From Sphagnum compactum (taxonomy: Eukaryota), in contig OZ234493.1 of NCBI GenBank assembly GCA_965153455.1, positions 22,992,213-23,056,212 of the forward strand: a DNA stretch of 64,000 bases. Reading direction: 5' to 3'. Position 1 is the stretch's first letter. Each line of letters begins with the position of its first letter. Position numbers and translations under genes: made by a program. Shown in pieces: positions 51,421 to 64,000 of the stretch. The notes beneath the pieces were generated by a model. It did not search any database, had not been told where the DNA came from, and saw only the letters and a program-made list of their open reading frames with translations.

Positions 51421-52430
51421 AAGTTTTGTTTGTCTAGTTATATGTTTATGAGCCATAAATTACATTGAAAAATGTAAAAACCATGTTCCCGTTCTTTTGA
51501 TTATGAATTCAACTATGTTGATTCATTATGCTTATTTTAATTCATAATTTACATGAATTCATATCAATTTTTTTTTGGGTATAAAACAAGAATTATGTTT
51601 TCCATTACATAAATGTATAATATAACTCAAATGATTTTTTAAAAATGATGACCACTTTCTGAAAATAATGGGTAAAAAAAAAGGTTTGATTTTCATTATT
51701 GGCATGGGTTTGAAGCTCATATGCCAAAAATCCAAAATTGATAAGATTTTTTATGGTAAAAAAAATTAATTTTGAAATTTTTTTAATGTATTGGTTTTTT
51801 CCCCCTCCAACATCAAATAGATTCCAAATTGAAAAGATTTTGATTTTGATATGAAAACAAAAATCAAAACCTTTGTTAAAATGCCATACATATGCGGATG
51901 TAGGCATTACCCATTTTGCACTTTTTATTTCACATTTTGTTTCATAGGACATTGACCATACTAGATTAGGCTAAAAAATATATGGCCTACAACTATTTAG
52001 GTTCAACCTTACTTTGGGACCTTGGTTAAGGCCTTCAAGCTCACGTGTCAAGTGTTAACCCTATTTTATTGATTGAAGTATTGAGTTGTGTTTTTTCCAT
52101 TGACCAAATTAAGTGGCAACCAAAATTTTGGGTTATATGAAGATGCCCTTGATTAAAAAAAAAATCAGCTTTCACTTATTGTTAGCTAGTCATAAAATTT
52201 GTTAGAATTTGAACTTCCTCATCAATAATGGGGGGGTTTTTTGGGGGACAAATTTTTTTTCTAGTGTAAATTTGGCTAAAATTTCTTTTTGGGGATTGCA
52301 AAAGATAAATTATTTTTTATCGATTGGTTGATCATAATGATTGGCCATGGTGGTGACATTTAACTAGTCTCTCACATTAAACCATCCAATTTTTCAAGTT
52401 TATGGGCATGTGGTGGGGACGGGAGAATAA

Positions 52431-52886
52431 GGGTAGGCTTTCCATGTGGCTCACCCACCCACCCACTATTTTCTAGAACACCCACTAAAAAAAATTAGTG
52501 AAAATATAGAGATATCTCTAAAGTGGGTTCACATGTCATTTCTATTGTCTTCCACCTAATCTCAATGGAATGCCACCTATCCTTGAATTTCTTATTACTT
52601 CCAACACTTGACAACATAAAAATGTGTCATCAATAGCAAAACCCCGAAACCCTAAACAAAATCATTCAAAATAAAAAATAGTGAACACTAATAAAATCCG
52701 GTGAGTGGGGTGGGGGTAAAGGGGGGAGGACCAACCCGACTACCCTAGACCCACCAGAAAATAATGGCCGAGTGGCCTAAGTGGGTGCCACTATTGACAT
52801 GAACCCTAAACCCTAAACCCTAAACCCAGCCACTATTTCCCAAAACAATAGATAGTGGGTGGGTGGCCCAAATGGAAACTAACCCA
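52431..52886. mobile_element. MITE with ~30-bp TIRs carrying (TAAACCC)n
   Basis: tttccatgtggctcacccacccacccactat at left is inverted to atagtgggtgggtggcccaaatggaaa at right; internal telomeric repeats at 52802-52827. Confidence 0.65.
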
Positions 52887-53122
52887 AGATAGCACTGTAT
52901 ATTGGATGTGGGTTACCAGTTAGCATTAGTCATATAGAGGGCTAAATACAAAAATATTCTCATATGTGTACAACAATCTTCAAAAGAATTTCAATGAACA
53001 CTAGAAGGAGTGTGTTCATTGAAATTGGGATTTGATGAATACATGTGTTGGAAGTTGGTATTAAGTAGGTACTTATGTTTTTGTTGGTAGTATCACTTAT
53101 GTTTTGAAAATTTACCCATTAT

Positions 53123-53239
53123 GATCTATCTATCTATCTATCTATCAAGTTTCAACAAATCCCAAAACATTAATAAATAATTGTACTGCAAGTCTGGAAG
53201 TTTCATGTCTGGAAGTCATGAATGGTGATAGAACACTAA

Positions 53240-53270
<31 letters not shown>

Positions 53271-53527
53271 AAGAGAGAGATATTAGATATTAGAATCTAG
53301 ATAGATACTTCTTCTTCTGTCACCTGTGTGTAAAAAACTATAATGGCACAATTTATGTGCAAAACTCCTGAGAGAATCCCAAAACACATATATTATTAAT
53401 GAGTCTCAAAAATTGGGTGTCATGAATGATCACAAGAAGCACAAACCCCAATGCAAATTTTGCTTCAAAACTATCTTACCAACTCTAAATGGAGGGGGAG
53501 GAGGAGGAGGAGGAGGAGGAGGAGGAG
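53123..53527. repeat. Microsatellite cluster (TCTA)n, (GA)n and (GGA)n
   Basis: Runs at ~53123-53146, ~53240-53280 and ~53491-53527. Confidence 0.9.
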
Positions 53528-53966
53528 ACTCCAGCCTCATCAAGGGAGAGTCAGGCAAGTAAGTAAGTAAGTGATCAAACTGATAATGCAGAATATACAG
53601 TTCTTCAGTGCATAGTTCAGCGTTTTCTTTAAAGACCGTGTGTGACAAGTACCTGCTGCTGTGTGTGTGCCTCAGTTGGCAGCTGAGAACACATGCCAGG
53701 ACACTTCTACTGGTGGCTAGATACCTCTATATATATACATACACATTTAAGGTCTGGGGTGGCAGATTATGCCATTTTCTTTGACCACATTATGCAGGAC
53801 ATAATCTTCTGGTGGTGATGATCATACACTTTGTTGTCCTTGTGACTGAAATGTGTCTGTTTAAACATGTTCATATTTTTTCTAAATCGTTGAATCTGTC
53901 ACCCCAGACCTTGACGTCATGAAATGGCCTCACCCTTGCCCCGTTATGCTGGGTGTGTCCCTATAC

Positions 53967-54231
53967 TAGTGCCCGAAATGTGTTTGTTGAAGATGAATGC
54001 AGTTTTGTAATAGTGGGCCCAAAATGTTTTTGTTGAAGATGAATGCAGTTTTGTAATAGTGGGCCCAAAATGTGTTTGTTGAAGATGAATGCAGTTTTGT
54101 AATAGTGGGCCCAAAATGTGTTTGTTGAAGATGAATGCTGTTTTGTACTAGTGGGCCCAAAATTTGTTTGTTGAAGATGAATGCAGTTTTGTAATAGTAG
54201 TGCGCCCAAAATGTGTTTGTTGAAGATGAAT
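53967..54231. repeat. 46-bp minisatellite, about 6 copies
   Basis: Unit tagtgggcccaaaatgtgtttgttgaagatgaatgcagttttgtaa at 53967, 54011, 54057, 54103, 54149 and ~54198. Confidence 0.95.
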
Positions 54232-56704
54232 GTCTTTGGAGATTGTTGAATCTGCCAACTAAGATCATAATGTCATGGAATAGCCTTACCCTTGCCAATT
54301 GTGCTGGGTGGATTGCTTAGCTCGTCCTAACAGGCTCACCTGGCACCTTACCCAACATAATGGGCAAGAAGGGCTTGACCATTCTGTAGTGCAAAGAGTG
54401 TTACATTAGATGTTGAGTTTGGCAAATTTGGAGGAGGAGCCATGTGGTCAAGAAATCTAGTGAGTTTGCCTATTCAAAAAGACCCACAATGTTTGGGTGT
54501 AAATGATAGCTGCCAGACCCCATTTCATGGAAGAAAATTTGGCCAGAGTTCAGCTTCACAAAATACATTGATACTGTTGGATCAATCTGCAGCCAGCCAA
54601 AATCTCCAACATTCTATGCTAAGTTACTGTGTCTCTAGCACAAAGTCTGAACTATTGCAGTGGAAAAGCCAAAGCAAAAAACACTGGGACAAGAAAATGG
54701 ACACCCAACCCAACGTTTCAATCACTAGGTGATTTAGTGATCTCACTGAATTAGATACAACTGTGGATGATGCAAATCTTCATTTCTTCCTGATGAGTTC
54801 CGGGACTAAAATCCCAGTTACCTGTTCTTCCTAGCTCATTGGAGATAAAGCAGCTCCATGTGCATATTACATGGGGATACAAGTTATCAAATGCACAGCA
54901 CAACATTTAACTCCAATTAAGAGGGAATTTCTGAAACCCAGTCCCTCCTGCATCAGAAAATCATAAATTACAAAAACCAAACTGAACCAGTCTGCTGACA
55001 TTCTTGGATGCTGTAAATTGTAGAAAGTATAAACTGTGGCTGCTGCTGGGGTGGGAAGTGGGAACCCAGACCACATACAATCTTTGCAATAATTTTTGGA
55101 TTGATGAGATGTTAGAGTTGCAACTTTCACCAGTTGGGGGAAAAAAGCAAGGATTCTAGAATGGGTATTGTTTTTAAAAAGAACCTGTAACATCTGGAGG
55201 GGTGTCTCCGCTGATATCTCTTCCATGGCCTAGACCATGTAGTCTAATAATGAGAAGCTCTTGGCTGTGATGCTAGAATTGGTTTTAGCCAGTTCCAAAT
55301 TGTAAAGAACAAAATGGCTGGTTGTGCAGAGTGTCTCTGACCTTGATTGATGTCATGATCAGTAAGCTCCCCCAACGAAATTTGATGTCTAGAGGCTTAG
55401 ACTGGCTCAATCCAGGATACACAAAGAGCCATACTGCACACATTACATCACACCAGTTGCACAAAATGTACATCTATTCTACCCCATAATATATATATAC
55501 CTCAACCCAAAACCCTGAGCTCATAAAGGAAGGAGTTCAGCAAATCTAAACGGGAAGTCCTGTACACATCGTCTATGGAGAACAGTAAGTAACAAAGTCT
55601 GCCTTCAACCAAATTCGTCAATCAATCAATCAATCAATCAATCAAGAAGACAAGTCCCATGCAACAGGATCAGTAAAATTCCATAATAAATTAGCAAAAT
55701 TGTAAATTATAGTAAAGAAACTGGAAGTCTCCTGATTGATGCACACCTGGCAAACACAACAGGATTCAGATTCAATTTTTGACTTTCAACTCAGTGGGTT
55801 TCCAAAACTTGGAAGCAGCTGATCCAGCTCTTCCTGACAGATCAGGGGCGGAAAAAAAAAAAACATTCCTGAGGTTACAAGATTCCAAAATTTTCTAAAC
55901 AAACCCTGCCCAAGCTCTATAAATCATGGCCCAAGGGGGTTGGGAAGTGGTAAGAATCTAGAAGAGAATCAGTTAGTTCACTTTCAGAGTCAGATAAACA
56001 CTGAAGTTCTATAACCCTGTCCAGAGCTGATGACGATGAAGTGCTGAACAGGCCTGCTACAAGAAGCTGCTGGCAATGATTCTCCAAGATGACAGATCTC
56101 AGGGAGCTAGCTTACAGAGAGCTCCAGAGCTTGGTTCACCTTCCATCTCATCAGCTGCCTGGAGCTGAAAACAAAAGCTGCAAGGCTCATCAGGGATTTT
56201 CACTAAGTCACGGCCAGAGAAATGGCTTGCATGGCACCAAGTTTGCAGGGAAGGTTTGTTTGTTGCACAAAACACAAACACACACACGTAGTACACAGCA
56301 GGGGCGTCCAACTGCAGATCCAAGCTTCAAGCTCTTTCTAGAGCTTGAGGTAAAGGAATCCTGTAGCTGCAGAAGAAGTCTAGAGCTGGAGCATGCACCT
56401 TCCGGACCAAGCTGCAACATGGGTTCTTCCTTAAAGGTCTAGACCTTCTTGGTACTGTTGCAGCTATTGCAGGTGCTGAGCACTTGATCTCCAGGAGCCT
56501 CCCTCTTCAAGTTCTGCTCACAAGTGTTGTGTACACCCAAGTTTGTTGCAGCAGCAGCTGCAGATGCACCTTAGATCAGCTGGCCAAAATGCAAGCTTGC
56601 TAGATTGCTGCTGCTGCTGCTGTTGCTAATTTCATTCTGATGAGGAAGCATCATGGGCTTGTCATTCCCTGAAACGTACGTGTCTAGCGAAAGGGGTCCC
56701 CTGA

Positions 56705-59182
56705 TCAGAGCTCTGTTGTCTTCTTCAGAGGTCCACCAAGCTCCTTTTGTACAGCATCGCCTTGTACAAGTTGCTTGGCAGCACTCTGATCATCATCAGC
56801 ATCATCCCTCATAAGATGATGCTCTTGCTGAAGATGATCAGGCATCTCAGACTGCAACTCCTCTAAAGTCTGCTCATGATCGGCAGGTTTGCTGGCCGGA
56901 TTCCTAGGACCTGCAATCTGAGCGCCAGCAGCAGCAGCAGTACAGTTATAAAGAGTGTCCAATTGCTGAAAATAGGGACATGTTTTGGAGTTCTCAGCTC
57001 GTTTCTTGTTGCTCTCTTTCGCTTTCCTGTAGTACTTGTTCACATTCTCCCACTTCTCCTTGCATCTCTTGGGGTTGCGAGTGTGCCCCATGGATGCCAT
57101 CGCCGTGCTAATCTCTTCCCAAAGTGGCCCCTTGGGACCTGTCTCCTGGAACCTGGACTCCATCTCCATTCTCAGACGGATCAAGGCATGGACTTCCGGT
57201 GTCGGCCATCTTTTGCTGCTGCTGTTGCTGCTGTGTGGATCAAACGGACTCGACCCATGATGCAGAACTTTCTCGCCTTCCTCTTGGAGAAGAAGCTCCT
57301 GCTGCTGCTGGTTGCGGTTCTGATTGCGAGCTGGTTGGGTGGTGGCAGTGGCGTGGAGAGAAGAAGATGGTCTTGGTGGTGATGGTGGTGGTGGTAGTTG
57401 CAATGTCTCTCCCGTCAGTTTCTGTAGAACAGCGACCAATGCTGCGTCTCGAGAGAGTGCAAGAGTGTGTTCTTGGGTGCGGAGTTCATGTTCACGGTTC
57501 AAGCGCTCCATCTCTTGTGTCTTCCAAGCTTCTTCTCGTGCAATCCTTTCCTGCTCTCGCTTTTCCATGGATTCCAGAAACTTCCGCTGCATGCTTTCTT
57601 GCTGATCCATCAACTTATTCACCAACGACTCCAAGAACATCACCTTCTTGGAGCTGCTGCCGCTGTTGGTGGTTGTTCGAGCTGCTGCAGGAATCCCAGT
57701 CTCCGACTCTTTGCGCTTTCTTTTCTTGCTACTAGTGTTGTTGTTGTTGTTGCCGTGTTCGTCCAAATCTGGTTCCGGTTGTTCCTCGTGATCATTCGCT
57801 TCGGAAGAACCTTCTGAAACTGCTGCAAAACCCGAACCGCCTGGATTCTCTGCAGCTGCTCTAAATGCGGCCGGACTGAGTCCTGCATTACGCATAAACC
57901 CGTCATGGGTAGCAGCAGCTAATCCTGGTAGCATCAGAGCTGCAGCAGCTGCAGTTGCATCAGCTGCATGTGTTGATGTGTTGCGACCAGCGTAGAGCGC
58001 ATCCAGCTCGCTGAAGAAGCGATAATTCTTCCCATCTTGTCTGCCAGCTTTTCCATCTTTGGTTTTCTTGTAGTACTTGTGAATGTTCTCAAACTTCTCC
58101 TTGCACTTCTTCGCACTTCTGTTGTACCCAAGCTCCGAAAGCTTCCTGCAAGAAGAAAACAACGCCCAAGGACCCGTTAGAACTCTCAAGACAAGAAGAA
58201 GAAAAAGAAGAACCCGCCCATCATCAGGCCACGGACCCACCACCCACCACCCTAACCCTGCTTGCTTGCAGCAGAATGCAGCTACTAAAACCAACCGTGA
58301 TCAAGCGAAAGAGCCGTGCAGTGGAGCAAGCTACCGAGCCACATCTTCCCAGAGAGGTCCCTTGAGTCCTGAATCTCGGAAGTTGGAGTCCATTTCGGAT
58401 CTGATCTTGATGAGGAGGAGAGTTTCTTGTCGAGGCCATCGGTTGCCTCCTGATCCCTCCTGAGTGCTCCTTAGAAGAAGTCCTTCCTCCTCGCCTCCAC
58501 CTTCAATGCCGCCATGTTCTTCTTCATCATGTTCAACATGTCCCTGGAGGCTGGTGTCGTCATGACCTAGCGCCAGGTCTCTTGCTAATACTGCGCTCAT
58601 CTGTTTGGTGTACATTGAGGGAGATGGCCTGCTCACCACAGAGGATCCTGGAGCTGCTGTTTCTTCCGAAGACTCTGGTCCTCCTAGACCTAGCTCATTG
58701 ACCATGTGTTGTTGCTGGTGCTGAACCGTAACTTGCTGTTGATGGTGGTGATGGTGGTGTTTTTGCTGAAGTGTTTGCTGCTGCACTTGCTGCTGCTGAA
58801 CCACTTGCTGTTGCATATGCTGATGGTGTTGTTGCTGTTGCACATGCTGATGTTGTTGGCGTTGCTGGTGTGGGGAATGAGAGGTTTGTTGCTGCTGCTG
58901 ATGGGGGTGATGATGATGCAGGTTCAGGTGTGGGTGTGGAGCTTCTTTAGAAGAAGACTGCTGCTGCTGCTGCTGCTGTTGTTGGACCTGATTCAGATGA
59001 GAGTAAAGATGCTGCTGCTGCTGCTGATGGTGGTTCAGATGTCCAGGATGGGTGTGACCAGAGGAAGCTGGTGATAAAGACATATCATGAACCAGCGAGA
59101 AGAGGTGGGGACTGGGATGTTGGCTACCACCCACCACAAACTGTGGCACCTCATTAACCCCATACTGCCCTGCGGATTGCAT
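56705..59182 (-). CDS. Trihelix transcription factor, GT-2 clade (two trihelix domains plus central coiled coil)
   Basis: Exon 1 59182-58335 and exon 2 58145-56705, GT-AG. Domain 1 NRWPRQETLLLIKIRSEMDSNFRDSGLKGPLWEDVAR|KLSELGYNRSAKKCKEKFENIHKYYKKTK; coiled coil QQESMQRKFLESMEKREQERIAREEAWK; domain 2 KRWPTPEVHALIRLR...KCKEKWENVNKY-like segment (KRCKEKWENVNKY)...KTCPYFQQLD. Q/H-rich N-terminus. Confidence 0.95.
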
Positions 59183-62100
59183 CTTCTTCTTCCCTCCCCG
59201 GGGGCCCAGTCTCTCTCACCTTACGTCCTCCTCCTCCTCCAAACCTTTAGGCTCATGCATCACTCTGGACACGTCCAAATTATAACATGCAAAAGTGGCC
59301 TACAACACATTGCCGTCATGTTATTCTTATTCTTCTCCTCCTGCTCCCACCCACAAGGCTACACGATCATCTGCTGGACCCGTCCGTGCACACGAGTCCA
59401 GTTCCAGAAACAACTGCAATGATACAAAGCTGCTTGCCAGAAGCCCTAAAACACAACCACGACCAAGAAGCTGACAGACACAAATCCCAACACAAAACGC
59501 AGACAGCCAAACACAAAACGTATACGCCCAACACAAAACGCATACACCCAACACTCCAGACTAGCTTTTCAAAGAGGCTTATCCATTTTGTGCAACTGAA
59601 CAAGACGACAAAAGAGAAAGACCCAAAAGCTTCATGAGATTCCAGACTCTAGACCTGGATTGCGATCAGAAGCTTCTGATGAAGAATCATCAGACAGACA
59701 AGCGGACCCCCCTGCAAGCAAGCAAGCAACAAGTTACAACCCTGGACCAGTTCTCTCTGATCCTCCTTTTCCTCCCTCTACTGCCTGCCTTCCTATCTCC
59801 CGAGAATACCCGACAACAGAAGACGTGCTGCTTAGCGACGAAAGGGGAGGAGTCCGGGAGAAAGCGAAGAGAAACACATCTCAAGAAACAAAAGAGCGAA
59901 AAAACAGTAGCAAAAAAGAAACAGAAAAGAACAGAACCATGACACGATGAACCAAATCCTGAGAAGGAAGAAGAAGAAGAAGAAGAAGACGACTGTTCTG
60001 TTCAGCAACTGGGAAAAAAAAGTAAAAAAGTCCAAAACTGGCGATATCCAAGAAGTTCTGCGAATGCGGAAGATGACGAAGAAGAAGAAGAAGAGGAGAA
60101 GAGATCCTTAAAACTCGCCGAACATACAACACCCACTCCGCCGCGACGACCCCATCTCCCCAAAAACTGCGGCAGATCGCAGCATCAGCAGCAGCGGCCG
60201 CAGGGACAGCAGCAATCCTCAAGACTACAACCAAGCCTGCGCTTCACATGGATGAATGAATGAAGGAACGAATGGATTATGCACAGCCAGGCTCACGGAT
60301 GAAAAGGAGTAAAGTTTGAGTAAATGGGAAGGAGAGAGTCATTTCGGGCTCGCTCGCTGCCATTTTTTTTGGCGACGAATTTTCGCCATTTTGTGGAAAA
60401 TATTCTCTTTACCCAATAGTTTCACCCAAAATTCTCTGTTTTAAGAAAAACAAATTCGCCAAAAGATAAAAAATCCCCCAAAATTGCCACTACTGCCTAC
60501 AACGATGAATGGGTGCTTGTAAGTTTTCTACTTTTATATTTCTGAGTATCGCCGAATTTGGGCTAAATACTCTTATGGATTATCCCCAATTGGGAGGACC
60601 AGACACCTGGCCAAGCCATGCTAACTTGTAGGGCTTTTTTTATATTAAAAAATAATTAAAAAAATAAAAAATTCTGAAGGAGGTGGAGTTGCCATCATCC
60701 TGAAGAGGAATGAGCCAAATTTGGCTACAGGACAGAGCGGAAAGTTGAATTAAAAAAAAAAGAATTCCTGCTATGTTTTGGCCACTTCCAGGAGCTTATT
60801 GTATAAATTTGGCGACTTCAGAATTTATTTTTCCTGAAAATGTGGCAACTTTGGTGCATCTTTTCCCCCCAAAAAAAGATCCTTTATATACCCTTTGCAC
60901 TGGCTTTTTTTTGGGTTATTTTGGTGCCAGATTTCGCCAAAAAAGAAAAAATACCCAAATTGTTTTTTGCCACTTCTAAGTGTTAGGCCACAGGTCATGC
61001 CCCGGTTTTCCCCCCGGCCCTCCAAATTTTGTGATGTTGAAAAATTGGGTTCCCCTCCCCCCCCAGCCCCCAAAAATAGAAAAAATTAATAAAAATTCAC
61101 AATAGACAAAAGATAAAAATAAAAATTCACTATTTTTGTTGTTGAAAAAAACCACAATTTGTTTCGGGAAAAAAGAAACATGGGGACTCATGGTCTCTCT
61201 TTACTCACAATCAATTGTAATAAGAATTGCAATGCTCTAATTATCGATTAGGTGATGAGTTATAAACCTTAACCTTCGACCTTTCTTTCATTAGCAACCT
61301 ACTAGTTAGCACAAGGTGCGAGCATCAATTTTATTAAATCTCAGTATGAAATGCTGAAACTCAGCATTTAATGCACAAGCTTCCAGAGTAATTAGAGTAG
61401 TTGTACAGCTAGGAGCAGTGAAAATATATTTAGCAGCTCTGGAGGGGGTCAGGAAAAAGGAAAGACATGATGAAACTCAGTTTACCAATGCAATTTGAAA
61501 ACTAGTTTGGGTCCCAGTTATTTTGTTTGGTGTAAAATTTTCATTCCTAGCTATGCATTTGACGCCCTATTATGTCAAAACTGACCATTCTCACCCCCTA
61601 ATCGCATGACTTTACAGATGACTCTAATATGGCCAACACGAATCTATCTCTAGGATGGGCCAACCAAAGACGGAGATTACCAAAAAGACTACACCGAATT
61701 CTAAGAGCGTTTCCAAACGATGTCGCATGACACACAATAAGTACTCACAATGGGCAATTTTTTGTGAGTACTAATGTTGAGCTAGTGGGCTTTGTGTGCA
61801 CCAAGCTCGCTCCAAGTGTATTGTTGATCTTTCTCGCCCCTCCAATGTCTCTTAGTCACCTACAGATACTAATAAGCATTCACTCGTAGGTACCCTATTT
61901 GAACAACATATGTTATAATATTCTTTTAAAACTCCAAATTGGGATTCATTTGTCTCCTTTATTCTCCCATAATTTATTGTAAAAATGACATCTACAAAAG
62001 AAATTGTTGAGTATTTTGTGGCTAACTTGGCATAATTATTTGGAATGTTTTCAAAGGGGGCCCATCAATTCGTTGTGTCAAAATGCATATGAAACCTCAC

Positions 62101-62997
62101 CGATCAATACAAATTCTAATTTCATGATAAATTAGGATATTTAACTATGCTTATTATTCTTTTGGTGAAAAATTGGAACATTTTCATGAATGTTTTCATA
62201 ATATGGTGATCTTAAAGGGAATGCCTAGTTTACCATAGGGGTAGGGAAAAGCAACCATGATGAATAAGATATATTAAGCTTGGGCACCTTCAGTTCACAA
62301 CCATGGTCGTGCAAAGGTTCAAAAGGTTGCTAGTTGCACTTGTGCCAAAGCTTAATGTGAGTGAAACAAGCACTTGTTTGTTGAGTATGTAGTGGACATG
62401 AATTAGTACATTTTCATATGTTTCTTTGCATGCTTAAGAACATAGCAATTGAATGTTCGCTCGGCCTTTGAATTTCACTTTTTTGAACAAGGAAGAAGAT
62501 GTCTTTAGTCCACCAACTTTGGTAGATAAGAAAGGCAACTACTACACCTCAACCAAACCCATCATTGGGTCCATAAACAAGTTCACAATTCCTTCTCATT
62601 GTATTGTAGGTTACCCACTAGTAAGCAATAATTGGTGCCATTGTAAAACTCACACCAAACAAAAATGACAACTTATGTTGCACCCAATTGTCTTGCACTT
62701 TAGAGAGTTTGCTGGCCAGCCTAAACTTGTCCTTTTTCTCCTTTCATGGGTTTCTTTGAAAAATAAAATTTAAAAATAATTATTTTGAATTTTAATTTTA
62801 ATAATTAAAAAAAAAAATTGGCTTTGGGTGCAAAGGGTCTCTCCATGGATGGGGCCATGTAATCAATCACCAAATAAGCAAAAACAAATGCACTGGGCTA
62901 CTTAGTTATATGTGTGTAATATAATTAGAAACAAATTGCCTTGCAAATGAATTCCCTTGAACATTTCAATTCCTTTGATGTTTTTTTTAGACCTATA

Positions 62998-63255
62998 CAC
63001 CAACTGTTGGGTGGGTATTTGATTTTTTTGTAATAACCACCAATATCGGCTTTTTGAAGAAAAATAAAAAATAAAAATCGGAATCAAAGAACCGCCGAGC
63101 TTCATTTATTTCAGAAAATTCAAAAACCCAATCAATTTTCATGAAAGAAATCAGGGTTTTACTGGCAGTTGTTTGTTTTTTTTTTTTCCAAATATTTTTG
63201 GGAGAACCGCGGTTACCAAACCCTAGGAACCACCCTGATAACCACTATGGGTCTG
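62998..63255 (+). mobile_element. Dispersed repeat (aatcaaagaac family)
   Basis: Shares tttgatttt...aataacc...aatcaaagaac...gagaacc with ~22098-22290; a short reverse fragment lies near 7360-7402. Confidence 0.5.
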
Positions 63256-64000
63256 CTCATCTGCTTCTGTTTTTTTTTGGGGGCCTTGCCTACCAAGGCA
63301 AGAAGGATATTGTGTTTAGATTCATTATAGAGTATAGTAGCTTAAGGCATTTTGGCCCCAAAAACTAGGTAATAATAATAGGTTTATTTTTATATGAGGA
63401 TTTTTGAAAGATGGTATTTTGGCTTGTGTTGGAACTTGAAATTAGTTACAAAGTTATAATATATATCTTGAAGGATTTTGATTTTTTTAAAGATTATATT
63501 TTTGCATGGTGAAAAATGTGGGTGTAGTTCACTAGTCCCTGTTTACTAGACGAATGAATTGATTATTTTTTCACTGCTCCTGGTTCATATAATGAGTGAA
63601 TTCACTCAAAATCCAGTGAAATCACTTGACGTACAAGGACACCTTTTGTTGTAATGAAATATTTGAGTTTCAATAATTCTTCTTTTGTCGTAAGATAGGC
63701 ATTTTTTTTAATGTAAATGGCAAGGCCACAAAGTGTGACACACCCGTAATTATAACCACCCAAACACTGCATCGGGTGGTGGCTTTGCTTGAACATGTGC
63801 TGTTATTGTGTTGTGTTGTAGGAGAGTGCAACCACTAGTAGTAGTTCTTATTACTTAAACCCTTTTAGATTTTCCTTTGACAATGTCTTACTAGGAGGTA
63901 CTATGATCTAGATTTGTGTGCACCTTCAAGCAGGTTTTAATTAATTATTTATTTACTAATAAATTTTGTGATAAATTATTTTTTTTGCCAAATTTCCCCC

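Noticed and set aside
53961..54298. Repetitive ORFs of 82 and 110 aa, and ORF 42792-43049
   Set aside because: Translations of minisatellite units.
58445..58468. miR390-complementary-like atccctcctgag
   Set aside because: Only 12 nt, and on the antisense strand of the GT-2 CDS.
56876..59074. Long plus-strand ORFs opposite GT-2 (and minus ORF 33850-34305 opposite ARP5)
   Set aside because: Antisense shadows of real coding exons with low-complexity codons.

Overview
Eukaryotic, intron-rich land-plant DNA: GC-richer gene islands separated by long AT-rich, repeat-filled spacers. Gene style and repeat families suggest a bryophyte, possibly Sphagnum (inference). Six spliced genes were reconstructed by hand from GT/GC-AG boundaries: COQ3 (minus, runs off the window start), RPL39/eL39 (plus, 51 aa, absent from the ORF track, head-to-head with COQ3), eIF3j (minus), ARP5 (plus, first intron GC-AG), an animal-MTH1-type NUDT1 Nudix hydrolase (plus) and a GT-2-clade double-trihelix factor (minus). 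Spacers hold a ~5.9 kb decayed hAT transposon with nested insertions (an RTE-clade LINE fragment and a Helitron-like repeat), a 912 bp non-autonomous relative, MITEs, a Copia remnant and four minisatellite arrays (38, ~175, 68 and 46 bp units). Leads most worth checking: a Myb/trihelix-like relic in the -1 frame across the GT-2 stop, a transit-peptide-like extension of NUDT1 starting at ATT, and the hairpin-bearing arrays beside genes. No CRISPR, rRNA or tRNA is supported, and no wholly new multi-gene system can be claimed from the sequence alone.
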